In this document: positions 19,290 to 27,303 of the stretch, in pieces
Numbering within the stretch: the stretch's first letter is position 1
Layout: every line of letters begins with the position of its first letter
Notes under the pieces: model-generated
The model's database searches: none
What the model saw: only the letters and a program-made list of their open reading frames with translations
What the model was told of the DNA's origin: nothing
Made by a program: the position numbers and the translations under genes
Origin: Escherichia phage BAU.Micro_ELP-22
Sequence record: OR699282.2
Length of the DNA stretch: 64,000 nt
Strand: one strand, 5' to 3'

Positions 19290-19806
19290 AGAAAATGACA
19301 ACGGACATTGAAAAATGGACACTGAGAACCTACTTCTCTTGAAAATGTAAAGGATAGATGAGCTTTACCGTTGTAGCGAACAGCAGAAGAAACCTGTTAG
19401 AGTACTGGCATTCAAACAAACACGATGTAAGACCACGAATCACGGCGACACGGCTGTATAAAGAACTCCGATAAGCATACAGAGAGTTCCTAGATAGATG
19501 TATAAGGTTCGCACCTTACCAGATTTGCTAAGGGAGTTCAAGAATAGCGGACGCAATTTTTACAAGAAAGTTGCGTCCAAAATTTGAGAACAAGTACTAC
19601 TTTGATCGAATAGAGTTAGTACTGAGTGCTGTTGATGAAAAGACCAGCGACCGTTGCATATGACTGCGATAGAGAGAAACCGAGCAACCCGCTTTCGCTC
19701 TCTAAATTTTGGTACAAGAAAGATCCGTCCAAAATTTGAGAAATTCGCAATTCGATAATATCCGATGCCATCATCGTCAAGAGAGACTTAATTGTCTCTT
19801 TTTTAT
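19290..19806 (+). ncRNA. putative structured non-coding RNA locus (about 520 nt), no ORF over 15 codons
   Basis: Bounded by the promoter above and the terminator at 19781; visibly GC-richer than flanks; 30-nt direct repeat at 19561-19590 and 19723-19752; hairpins ggacgcaa/ttgcgtcc, aaggt-tcgc-acctt, cccc-tgc-gggg. Confidence 0.35.
19781..19806 (+). terminator. intrinsic terminator (agagac-ttaatt-gtctct + TTTTTTATT)
   Basis: Perfect 6-7 bp stem followed by a T-run at the 3' end of the non-coding locus. Confidence 0.5.
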
Positions 19807-19944
19807 TACCTTCATTCCCCTGCGGGGGGATGTAATAGTCCTCAACAAATCCCGTCAAGTTTTTAAAGTACATTATCATTTTCAGAAGGAACTAGTTTAC
19901 GAAGTAAACGCAGTGACTTCTTGAGTTACGAGAGAACGAAGTGA

Positions 19945-20373
19945 ATGAGTAACACAACGAAAATATCCGATAAATCCGAATTAACACAAATGTTATTCAA
20001 AGAATATTTTGAGTTTCAGATAAAAGACGAACAACAATTACCACAGCAATATTTGAAAAGAATTAAAGATCCGTCAGTAATTACTAAAGAAACTAATTTT
20101 TATAATAGTATTTTGGATTTCGTTAAATCAGTTCATACAACAAGACCTATTGTAGTTTTGTTTTTTGATAAATCTATTCCTTTAGTAGTTCCTGAAAATG
20201 TATTTTTTATTTCAGAAACTGATTTAAATAATCAAAGTACTGTAAGTAGATTAAGAAATTGCTTACTTGTAGTATGTGATTCTTCTTTGTATAATAACAG
20301 AATACTATGGGATAGAAGTAAACGCAATGCAGTTTCTGAAATGAATCCTGAAATTACCTTTATTATTAACTAA
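19945..20373 (+). CDS. hypothetical protein (142 aa)
   Basis: ORF downstream of the non-coding locus; no motif. Confidence 0.45.
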   Translation: MSNTTKISDKSELTQMLFKEYFEFQIKDEQQLPQQYLKRIKDPSVITKETNFYNSILDFVKSVHTTRPIVVLFFDKSIPLVVPENVFFISETDLNNQSTVSRLRNCLLVVCDSSLYNNRILWDRSKRNAVSEMNPEITFIIN

Positions 20374-20405
20374 ATAATAAGAGAATAACTCTAAGGAGAG
20401 ATATT

Positions 20406-20846
20406 ATGGAAGATATTAATGATTTACGACACGTAATGGACTTTATCGGAAGTACTGAAGAAGATAATTCGTATGATGAAGTACTATTAACTTTTATTGA
20501 AAATAGTTTGTTTTTAAGTTCTGCTGCACATAACTGGCACTTACAATGTCATTTTTATACAAAGCATTTACAATTAGATGAACTATATAAAGAATTACCA
20601 GAATATGTAGACGCATTTGTTGAAGGTATCATGAATAATCGTGGTGCTTTACAAGTTGGAACTGGTAATAGTTATCGTTTTACACCAATTGAAGATTGTG
20701 TACCAATTCTTGAAGAATATGTAGAGCAATGTAGAGCAATTCATGATATGCTTGAAGAATCAGGTGATTACGGCAGTGTAAACACATTAGAAGATATTAT
20801 GAGTTTTGTTGAAGGAACACTTTACAAACTTAAAGTTTTACAATAA
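20406..20846 (+). CDS. ferritin-like / Dps-like four-helix-bundle protein (146 aa)
   Basis: AAHNWHLQCHFYTKHLQLDELYKELPEYVDAFVEGI resembles the Dps ferroxidase-centre region, with His, His, Asp and Glu at the expected spacing. Confidence 0.35.
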   Translation: MEDINDLRHVMDFIGSTEEDNSYDEVLLTFIENSLFLSSAAHNWHLQCHFYTKHLQLDELYKELPEYVDAFVEGIMNNRGALQVGTGNSYRFTPIEDCVPILEEYVEQCRAIHDMLEESGDYGSVNTLEDIMSFVEGTLYKLKVLQ

Positions 20847-20853
20847 AATATAT

Positions 20854-20884
20854 GGAGAGTCATTGTGACTCTCCTTTTCTTTTG
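20854..20884 (+). terminator. intrinsic terminator (ggagagtca-ttg-tgactctcc + T-run)
   Basis: 9-bp perfect stem and TTTTCTTTT. Confidence 0.6.
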
Positions 20885-20894
20885 GACAAATAAA

Positions 20895-21512
20895 ATGAAA
20901 TCTCATGATTTAGCAAAATTACTACTATCTCAACCAAATCTAGAAATTTATCATTATGATGCAGAGAGTGACTTGCATTATCAGAATTTTGATAATAAAT
21001 TAATGGTCACCCCATCTGGCATTTTCACAACGGTAAAACCCACATCAGTTTCTGAAAATGTACTTACACCATACGAAACCCCGCTCTTGGGTCATGTACA
21101 AATTTTCTTTAAGGATGGTACTATTACTCCAAAATTGGAGGGTTCATCTATTCAAACTGTTCTTAACTTAGAATCTGGGTTGATATTTAACATTCCTTAT
21201 GAAAAGCCAATTGTTTTATTAGGTAAAAATCAATCAGCACCATCAGGGAATCAAAATGCTGTTTGGTATACACCCGATGATATTGATTTCATTTCTGTAC
21301 TGACAGAATATGAACCTAATACTTGGCATGGAACATGGGAAACTATGTCGTATGATGAAGCAATTGAATGTGGTAAAAATTTAGTTAAAATGTTATTTCC
21401 ACAAAAAGAAGAACTTTCACAAGAACAAATTGATTCATTTTCTAAAGATTTTCCTGATTCTGAATTCAATGTAAAAGTATCACCTTCTATGATTGATAAA
21501 ATTAAAAAATAA
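20895..21512 (+). CDS. hypothetical protein, paralog of 22248
   Basis: Start moved to the Met after the terminator (ORF track 20865). Shares DLAKLLLSQPNLEIYHYD, TPSGIF and YTPDDIDF...TWHGTWETMSYDEA with the 22248 product. Confidence 0.5.
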   Translation: MKSHDLAKLLLSQPNLEIYHYDAESDLHYQNFDNKLMVTPSGIFTTVKPTSVSENVLTPYETPLLGHVQIFFKDGTITPKLEGSSIQTVLNLESGLIFNIPYEKPIVLLGKNQSAPSGNQNAVWYTPDDIDFISVLTEYEPNTWHGTWETMSYDEAIECGKNLVKMLFPQKEELSQEQIDSFSKDFPDSEFNVKVSPSMIDKIKK

Positions 21513-21518
21513 AAGAGG

Positions 21519-21878
21519 TTGAACATGAGTGATTACCGCGTAACATCTGGACTAATGGCACGTCTTATTGAAGCAGTTCCTGAAGATGATTATGAAGCTA
21601 TTTCAGATCGTCTTTTTGACGCAGATTCTAAACTCCATATTACATATGATGGTGCATTGATTTACAGTACTGATATTGATATGTCTAGTTATGAATTTGA
21701 GATTTCTTTTGGTAACAAACTAACTACTGAAGAATTCGCTCGAAAATGTGAGCGTGAAGGATTCTGTATTGATATTAGTTCAGTTCAGCCATACACATCA
21801 CTGTGGTATGATGGTGCTGATAGTCCAATGTCTACTACATCTTTACAGGATTTTCTAAATGCAAATCAAAAAGATTAA
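21519..21878 (+). CDS. hypothetical acidic protein (119 aa)
   Basis: ORF with AGAGG RBS; no motif. Confidence 0.45.
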   Translation: MNMSDYRVTSGLMARLIEAVPEDDYEAISDRLFDADSKLHITYDGALIYSTDIDMSSYEFEISFGNKLTTEEFARKCEREGFCIDISSVQPYTSLWYDGADSPMSTTSLQDFLNANQKD

Positions 21879-22251
21879 ATTCCACCAGCATTGTTCTATA
21901 CATGAATGTGATGATTGTGGTATACAAATGAGTGACATTTATACAGTTTCCTGTAAAGGTTTCAAATTCACTCACGGTGAACCTGCTTATTGTTATGGTA
22001 CAGAAGAAGGTGATATCGAAGTAGTACTGAAAGAATTGTTCCAGTACTTGCAAAGTGTAGGTCATGATGTTACAATACCCACATATTATGAAGATGATTA
22101 TGATGCACATGTAGAAGAAAATACATATTATAATCAATTCGTTTATGGTAATGGTTTTATCACATACCTACATGAGAATGGTATTGAGGTAAAAACTAAG
22201 TACACCAGTGATGATTATGATGATGATAATTCTATGGAGATTGAAGATTGA
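21859..22251 (+). CDS. hypothetical Cys-rich acidic protein (130 aa; start uncertain)
   Basis: HQHCSIHECDDCG...SCKGF suggests a small metal-binding N-terminus; alternative start at Met 21928. Confidence 0.35.
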   Translation: MQIKKIKFHQHCSIHECDDCGIQMSDIYTVSCKGFKFTHGEPAYCYGTEEGDIEVVLKELFQYLQSVGHDVTIPTYYEDDYDAHVEENTYYNQFVYGNGFITYLHENGIEVKTKYTSDDYDDDNSMEIED

Positions 22252-22832
22252 AAGCAAAAGACTTAGCAGCACTGTTGTTGCAGAATCCTGAAATGGAAGT
22301 GTATCATGAGCACATGCACATTGATGACATGTGTGACGCTTATTATTCACCAGAAAATGTGTCTGGTATTGAAATTACCCCTAGTGGAGTATTCATCAGT
22401 ACTGAACGTATTGATTATAATTCTCAGCAAGAAATCAAAACTCCACATAATAAACCTCGCATTGGTGCTATTGACCTAGTATTTCATCAGGACCGTTTGG
22501 TGGAATATGATGAAGACGATGGTACTACCCGAACTGATGTTGAGAATGTTGTTTTTCGTTTTTATAATGCATACGAAGACCCAACTACTGGAGAAGATTT
22601 CTTCCGTGAGCTATTAGAGGATGGAGAAGTTTATGGTCAGGATGGTACGGTTTTTGTACTGGACCCTAACTATGAGCCAGATCACAATACATGGCAATTC
22701 TATACACCAGAAGATGTAATGGAAGTTAAAGTACTTACTGATCTTGACGATAATTGGAATCCTATGTATACTTCAATGACATATGAAGAAGCCAAAGAAT
22801 ACTTCGTTTCTAAACTAAACATTACAAAATAA
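22248..22832 (+). CDS. hypothetical protein, paralog of 20895
   Basis: DLAALLLQNPEMEVYHEH, TPSGVF and YTPEDVMEV...NWNPMYTSMTYEEA align with the 20895 product. Confidence 0.5.
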   Translation: MKAKDLAALLLQNPEMEVYHEHMHIDDMCDAYYSPENVSGIEITPSGVFISTERIDYNSQQEIKTPHNKPRIGAIDLVFHQDRLVEYDEDDGTTRTDVENVVFRFYNAYEDPTTGEDFFRELLEDGEVYGQDGTVFVLDPNYEPDHNTWQFYTPEDVMEVKVLTDLDDNWNPMYTSMTYEEAKEYFVSKLNITK

Positions 22833-22849
22833 TAAGGATTCACAAATTT

Positions 22850-23131
22850 ATGAAAATTGTTGCAAGTGCATGGATGAAACTACCAGATGGTACAACTGCG
22901 TTTGAAGAATATGGCTTTGTTGAAAGTGTCGATGAATTAAAGCGTTTCAAGTGTGAAAATGATGATGATGTTTTTGATATTGTATTTGTATATCATCATA
23001 TTCCTAATGATACTGATTATGAACATTATTATTATCATCCTGATTTGTTGGAAACACTTGTATGCGACAACTATCATGAAATTGATGAAAATACAGCTTT
23101 ACTAATGTTGAGTACCGTATCTCCGGTATAA
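22850..23131 (+). CDS. hypothetical acidic protein (93 aa)
   Basis: ORF; no motif. Confidence 0.4.
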   Translation: MKIVASAWMKLPDGTTAFEEYGFVESVDELKRFKCENDDDVFDIVFVYHHIPNDTDYEHYYYHPDLLETLVCDNYHEIDENTALLMLSTVSPV

Positions 23132-23139
23132 GGAGTAAT

Positions 23140-23619
23140 ATGTATAATCTTATAATTATCCGCGAACCATATGAATCTGACAACAGTTCAACTGATGGTG
23201 AGGTTTTAGTATATCAAAGTTATGAACAAAGTGGCATTGAACATGAATTAAAAGATTATTTACGTCAACATATATATCTATATCGTACTGAACCACGTGA
23301 ACAGTATGGAGATATAATGTTTATCGTAACTCATAATGGTGCAGTAATTGAACATGTAAATATGACAAATAACATGTATTTTCATAATTACACTGACACG
23401 TCTAAAGAATTAGGAAACGATTTCAAGTCTGTTTTCGATGCATTGCGTATCAATTTTTTTAAAAATGACAAATTCTGTACTGATATTAGATTAGAAGAAG
23501 CAAATACAAAAAAGAAACTTTCTCGAAAATACGAGAGTGATAGAAAAAAAGAACAAGAGATTCAGCGTTTACACGAATTGATGAAAAAATACCCTAATGA
23601 GGTACAACATGGCTCTTAG
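23140..23619 (+). CDS. hypothetical protein (159 aa)
   Basis: ORF; basic C-terminal tail. Confidence 0.4.
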   Translation: MYNLIIIREPYESDNSSTDGEVLVYQSYEQSGIEHELKDYLRQHIYLYRTEPREQYGDIMFIVTHNGAVIEHVNMTNNMYFHNYTDTSKELGNDFKSVFDALRINFFKNDKFCTDIRLEEANTKKKLSRKYESDRKKEQEIQRLHELMKKYPNEVQHGS

Positions 23620-23947
23620 AGGTTCAAATCAATATAAATGTATTGCAGAGATCAGGAAGAAAGATGGAACACTTGTAGACCGAGCATTGAAGCAAGAATA
23701 TAAAGAATTACGTGATGTGGTACATAATGATAGTTATGGTGGGATGCGTCGTCAAAAAATTTATGAATATCTAAAGAAAGGTTTAGAAATTCAGGTTAAT
23801 GGTCTTCATTGCATTCAAACAAAAAACGATCCTGATATTCTACGTTTGTTGAAAGAAGATAAGATTGAAATGTTTAATGTTCCTATTTCATTCTATGGTA
23901 ATAAACTAAAATGTAAGCATACTTTCTTGAGGATTAAAAATGGTTGA
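23597..23947 (+). CDS. hypothetical basic protein (116 aa)
   Basis: ORF overlapping upstream gene; no motif. Confidence 0.4.
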   Translation: MRYNMALRGSNQYKCIAEIRKKDGTLVDRALKQEYKELRDVVHNDSYGGMRRQKIYEYLKKGLEIQVNGLHCIQTKNDPDILRLLKEDKIEMFNVPISFYGNKLKCKHTFLRIKNG

Positions 23948-24164
23948 TTCATTTATGAAAAAAATCTTTAAAAAATTACTATCTGGATTTGAAAAAGCAG
24001 TAAGTCTTATTTTCAGTTCAGTTGTAATGGTTATTACAGTACTGGCGTTTTCTCTAGTACTGCATTTTGTACCATTCTGGTTAATCTTTATTGTACTTAT
24101 TGCTCTGCTAGGTGCACATGTTTATTATGTTTACCGTGACGCATTGGATGATGATAACGATTAA
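23940..24164 (+). CDS. small membrane protein (74 aa, two predicted TM helices)
   Basis: Two hydrophobic stretches (AVSLIFSSVVMVITVLAFSLVL and FWLIFIVLIALLGAHVYYVY) and an acidic C-terminus. Confidence 0.45.
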   Translation: MVDSFMKKIFKKLLSGFEKAVSLIFSSVVMVITVLAFSLVLHFVPFWLIFIVLIALLGAHVYYVYRDALDDDND

Positions 24165-24172
24165 ATGTATTT

Positions 24173-24198
24173 GACCTCACTATGTGGGGTCTTTTTTT
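24173..24198 (+). terminator. intrinsic terminator (gacctcac-tat-gtggggtc + TTTTTTT)
   Basis: Stem with one G-U pair plus T7. Confidence 0.5.
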
Positions 24199-24210
24199 AA
24201 GGAAAATTAT

Positions 24211-24663
24211 ATGCTTATAGAAACAGAAACATTTAAGCGTTTTATTGACGTATGTCGTGATACGTGTTTTTGTTATCTTTCATCACAAGAACAGTTCGAT
24301 GCAATGAGTGATGTGTTAGGATATCGCCGTTCGGTATTGATGTATTTTGATGGTCCTTTGATTGAAGTTCATGATGATGTGTATTCCCTACAATATGTAT
24401 CAATTAACAATGCGTTCATTTTTATTGCTGACTCGTACTCAATTGTAGTTGAGGAACGTGGTAAAGGTATACCAACAACACACTATATTGATTGTCAAAG
24501 AACTGATTGTGTTTATAGTTCTGGACTAATACAAACACCAATTCCATATCCTAGCATTTATATAAACACACTCCATCAAGAAATTATTGAGTACTGTAAT
24601 AGTATTTCTGATACAGATACACAGTATTTTCCTATTGTATTATTGAAAGGAGTTAGAACATGA
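24211..24663 (+). CDS. hypothetical protein (about 150 aa)
   Basis: Start moved to the Met after the terminator with AAGGA RBS (ORF track used a GTG inside the terminator). Confidence 0.45.
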   Translation: MLIETETFKRFIDVCRDTCFCYLSSQEQFDAMSDVLGYRRSVLMYFDGPLIEVHDDVYSLQYVSINNAFIFIADSYSIVVEERGKGIPTTHYIDCQRTDCVYSSGLIQTPIPYPSIYINTLHQEIIEYCNSISDTDTQYFPIVLLKGVRT

Positions 24664-25049
24664 GATGGCGTAAACGACACGTAAAAAGATTTGATAAAAT
24701 AATCAAAAAATATTACTCACATAAGTTAGATCCAATCATACTTCAACTAAGAAGTAGTATGTTTGATAGACGTTTTCCACAGTGTTTAGAATCGTACAGT
24801 CGTAAACGTTACAAGAATGAATACCTGGTATATCGTTATGATTTATCAGAATTCTTTTTGAATACTCGTGTATCTGTACCCATCAGACTGTACTCAAGGG
24901 TAAAACGAAGTAGGGTTCAAGATATTACATATGGATATCTTATGATTGAAATCGACGACCTCAATGAAAAAACTGGCAGAAATTACAGTACTTTATGTCT
25001 GGAAAACCATGATTCAATAAAAAGAATCATAGAAGAGTTGGGAAAGTGA
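24660..25049 (+). CDS. hypothetical basic protein (129 aa)
   Basis: ORF with 4-nt overlap; Arg/Lys-rich. Confidence 0.4.
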   Translation: MRWRKRHVKRFDKIIKKYYSHKLDPIILQLRSSMFDRRFPQCLESYSRKRYKNEYLVYRYDLSEFFLNTRVSVPIRLYSRVKRSRVQDITYGYLMIEIDDLNEKTGRNYSTLCLENHDSIKRIIEELGK

Positions 25050-25066
25050 GATTTTTAGTGCTATAA

Positions 25067-25423
25067 TTGGAGATGAGTATGAAATACATCGATAAAGGTA
25101 CAGTGGAGACACAGTACTGGAATATCCATATTGCTGGTGATATTCAAACAGCAAGAGAATACACAAGAAAATTTGCGTTTAAGCATGGCTTTTGTGTACA
25201 ATTAATTCCCTGTGAATATATCTACACTGGTGGTCTTGAAAGTGGGATGTGTGCTCGTATTATTCAGTACCCACGCTTTCCAAAAGAAGAAGTATATCTC
25301 AACCGAGATGTATTAAACTATGCAAAGGGTTTAGCTGAAGAGTTGTGTCAAAAGAGCTTTACTATAGAGCGAAATAATGATACAATTTATTATGAAAGTG
25401 ATGAACCTTTACACAAGAAATAA
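25067..25423 (+). CDS. hypothetical protein (118 aa)
   Basis: ORF with GGAG RBS. Confidence 0.4.
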   Translation: MEMSMKYIDKGTVETQYWNIHIAGDIQTAREYTRKFAFKHGFCVQLIPCEYIYTGGLESGMCARIIQYPRFPKEEVYLNRDVLNYAKGLAEELCQKSFTIERNNDTIYYESDEPLHKK

Positions 25424-25434
25424 AAGGAAAATAT

Positions 25435-25566
25435 ATGAATGGACTAAAGAAATTTGGTAAAGATTTTCTAAAATGTATACGCTATACATATGATGCAAAC
25501 CCAGAAATGACTGCTATTGTGGGTGTGTTTATTACACTTGTTGTATTAAGTTTTATTGTGGTGTAA
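25435..25566 (+). CDS. small membrane protein (43 aa)
   Basis: Own translation MNGLKKFGKDFLKCIRYTYDANPEMTAIVGVFITLVVLSFIVV with AAGGAAA RBS; below ORF-track cutoff. Confidence 0.3.
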   Translation: MNGLKKFGKDFLKCIRYTYDANPEMTAIVGVFITLVVLSFIVV

Positions 25567-25570
25567 AAGT

Positions 25571-25774
25571 ATGATTGAAATCAATGCTGATATCTATTGT
25601 AGTGCAGCACCAAATTACTTCATTTATGCTTTGAGTACATTTGGTGAAACTGACGGTGAAACTTTTGTTTTAGTAGATAATACGACATGGTACAAAACAA
25701 GTAATAAAATTCCTAAAGACGTTTTGGAAACATATGTTCGTATTGAAAATAAAAACATATATGTAAATTTATAG
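25571..25774 (+). CDS. hypothetical protein (about 67 aa)
   Basis: Start moved to Met 25571 (ORF track 25556 overlaps the small ORF). Confidence 0.35.
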   Translation: MIEINADIYCSAAPNYFIYALSTFGETDGETFVLVDNTTWYKTSNKIPKDVLETYVRIENKNIYVNL

Positions 25775-25781
25775 GTAAAAT

Positions 25782-26192
25782 ATGATTGAAATGGAAGGAA
25801 CTCTGGTGTATGATCCAGACCGTGGCACTATGAAAAAGAAGAAGGACTTCTGGTTAGTACTACAACTTCCATTACAGTTGGTTCGATACTACCAGTACTT
25901 CATCAGAACTGACTTACATATTGATATTAAAGACCCACAATGGGGAGCACATGTCAGTATCGTTCGTGGTGAAGTGCCACCAAATCCAGAGTACTGGAAA
26001 AAGTACGATGGAATGAAAGTAAAGATAAAGTTCAATCCTTGTATTGAGATAGTAAAAGATAAAAAGAATCCAGGTTCATTCTTTATCATTGAATTTGAAG
26101 ATGATTTCATCACACATATTAGAAATGAACTAGGACTACCAACCAAGTACTTTAAATATCACATCACTGTAGGTAGAACCTACTACGATTAA
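25782..26192 (+). CDS. 2H-phosphoesterase family protein (LigT / cyclic phosphodiesterase / Acb1-like), 136 aa
   Basis: Two H-h-[ST]-h motifs (AHVSIV near residue 57 and YHITVG near residue 127) about 70 residues apart, the hallmark of the 2H fold. Confidence 0.5.
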   Translation: MIEMEGTLVYDPDRGTMKKKKDFWLVLQLPLQLVRYYQYFIRTDLHIDIKDPQWGAHVSIVRGEVPPNPEYWKKYDGMKVKIKFNPCIEIVKDKKNPGSFFIIEFEDDFITHIRNELGLPTKYFKYHITVGRTYYD

Positions 26193-26360
26193 TGTGGTTT
26201 TTATGGTAAATATATCTTGTAATAAAATAAAAATATGCTATACTACTTAAACATTTGAAAAGAACGTTTTTGTACTGTAGAAAGTCCGATGAGGCTTTTG
26301 CAAATGGCCTCTTTGCCATCTTTGTGATTGCCCATCTTAACAATCAACAAAGGAGGCGTT

Positions 26361-27287
26361 TTGAAACAAGCGAAAAAAGCACTGAAAACTAAGACTACTT
26401 ATGGTGTTCTAGTTTGCACAGTACTTGTCGCTGCGATTGGATTTTATGGTTTTTCTCAAAATGATCGTGTATCATCATCGGACGAAAGTCAGGTACACAA
26501 TTTAAAACCACAAGTTACGCAAATTCAAAAGCAGGAATTACCAAAGGTAGAAATATCAAAGGATGTTCCACGCGGCGAGAAGCATTATACGGTTCAACCT
26601 GGTGATAGTTATTATTCTATTGCTAAAAAGTTTAAACCTAAAAATGTACAACTTGAAGAGTATGTTATTTTGTTGAAAAATATCAATTTAAATGCTACTC
26701 TTCATACTTCTCAGGGTATCTTTATCCCAACAAAAGAGGATTTGAAGAACGTATTGTTACCAGATGTGACTGTACTGTTTGATTATAATGATCCAGAAAT
26801 TGTCAATCACATCAAAGAAGCTGAAGGTTCAATTGAATTTCAGTCCAAGAACAAACGCCGTTTACTTGGTGGGAAAGTCGGAGTTCCTTTCCACAATTCT
26901 AAATTTCATCCTTACAAGGACATGAAAGGTAATTATACAATAGGTTATGGGCATTATTTGGGTAGAAAAGAATCTGATGCGATTAAGTACAGAAACGGTA
27001 TTACCAAAGCTCAAGCCAATAAACTTTTAATGCAAGATATGAAAAGAACATATAATGACTTTTTATTATTGATGCAGAAAAAAGAAGCAGTAAATCTGAC
27101 CAAAGAACAACAACGTATTCTTTATGAAATGTCCTATACAATGGGTGTTGATAAATTAGCAACGTTTAATAAACTTTGGAAAAGTGTGAAAAATGATAAC
27201 CCTAAGAAATTTAAAAAAGAAATTATGAATTCCTTATGGTATCGTCAAGTTACAAACCGAGCAGATTTGTTGTTAAGTTCACTCTAA
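26361..27287 (+). CDS. membrane-anchored LysM-domain lysozyme (GH24, T4 lysozyme-like catalytic region)
   Basis: N-terminal hydrophobic segment (YGVLVCTVLVAAIGFYGF), LysM-like HYTVQPGDSYYSIAKKF, then YKDMKGNYTIGYGH and WYRQVTNRADLL matching T4 lysozyme motifs from memory. Start set at TTG 26361 after AGGAGG; ORF track 26328 is also TTG. Confidence 0.6.
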   Translation: MKQAKKALKTKTTYGVLVCTVLVAAIGFYGFSQNDRVSSSDESQVHNLKPQVTQIQKQELPKVEISKDVPRGEKHYTVQPGDSYYSIAKKFKPKNVQLEEYVILLKNINLNATLHTSQGIFIPTKEDLKNVLLPDVTVLFDYNDPEIVNHIKEAEGSIEFQSKNKRRLLGGKVGVPFHNSKFHPYKDMKGNYTIGYGHYLGRKESDAIKYRNGITKAQANKLLMQDMKRTYNDFLLLMQKKEAVNLTKEQQRILYEMSYTMGVDKLATFNKLWKSVKNDNPKKFKKEIMNSLWYRQVTNRADLLLSSL

Positions 27288-27303
27288 AAAAGGAAGGTGA
27301 AGT

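Noticed and set aside
19290-19806. tRNA genes or a group I intron in the non-coding locus
   Set aside because: By eye there is no cloverleaf with a 7-nt T-loop (GTTCRANYC-type) or anticodon arm, and no flanking split gene. The ORFs 19616-19879 (-) and 19709-19924 (+) lack RBS and cross the terminator, so they were treated as spurious.
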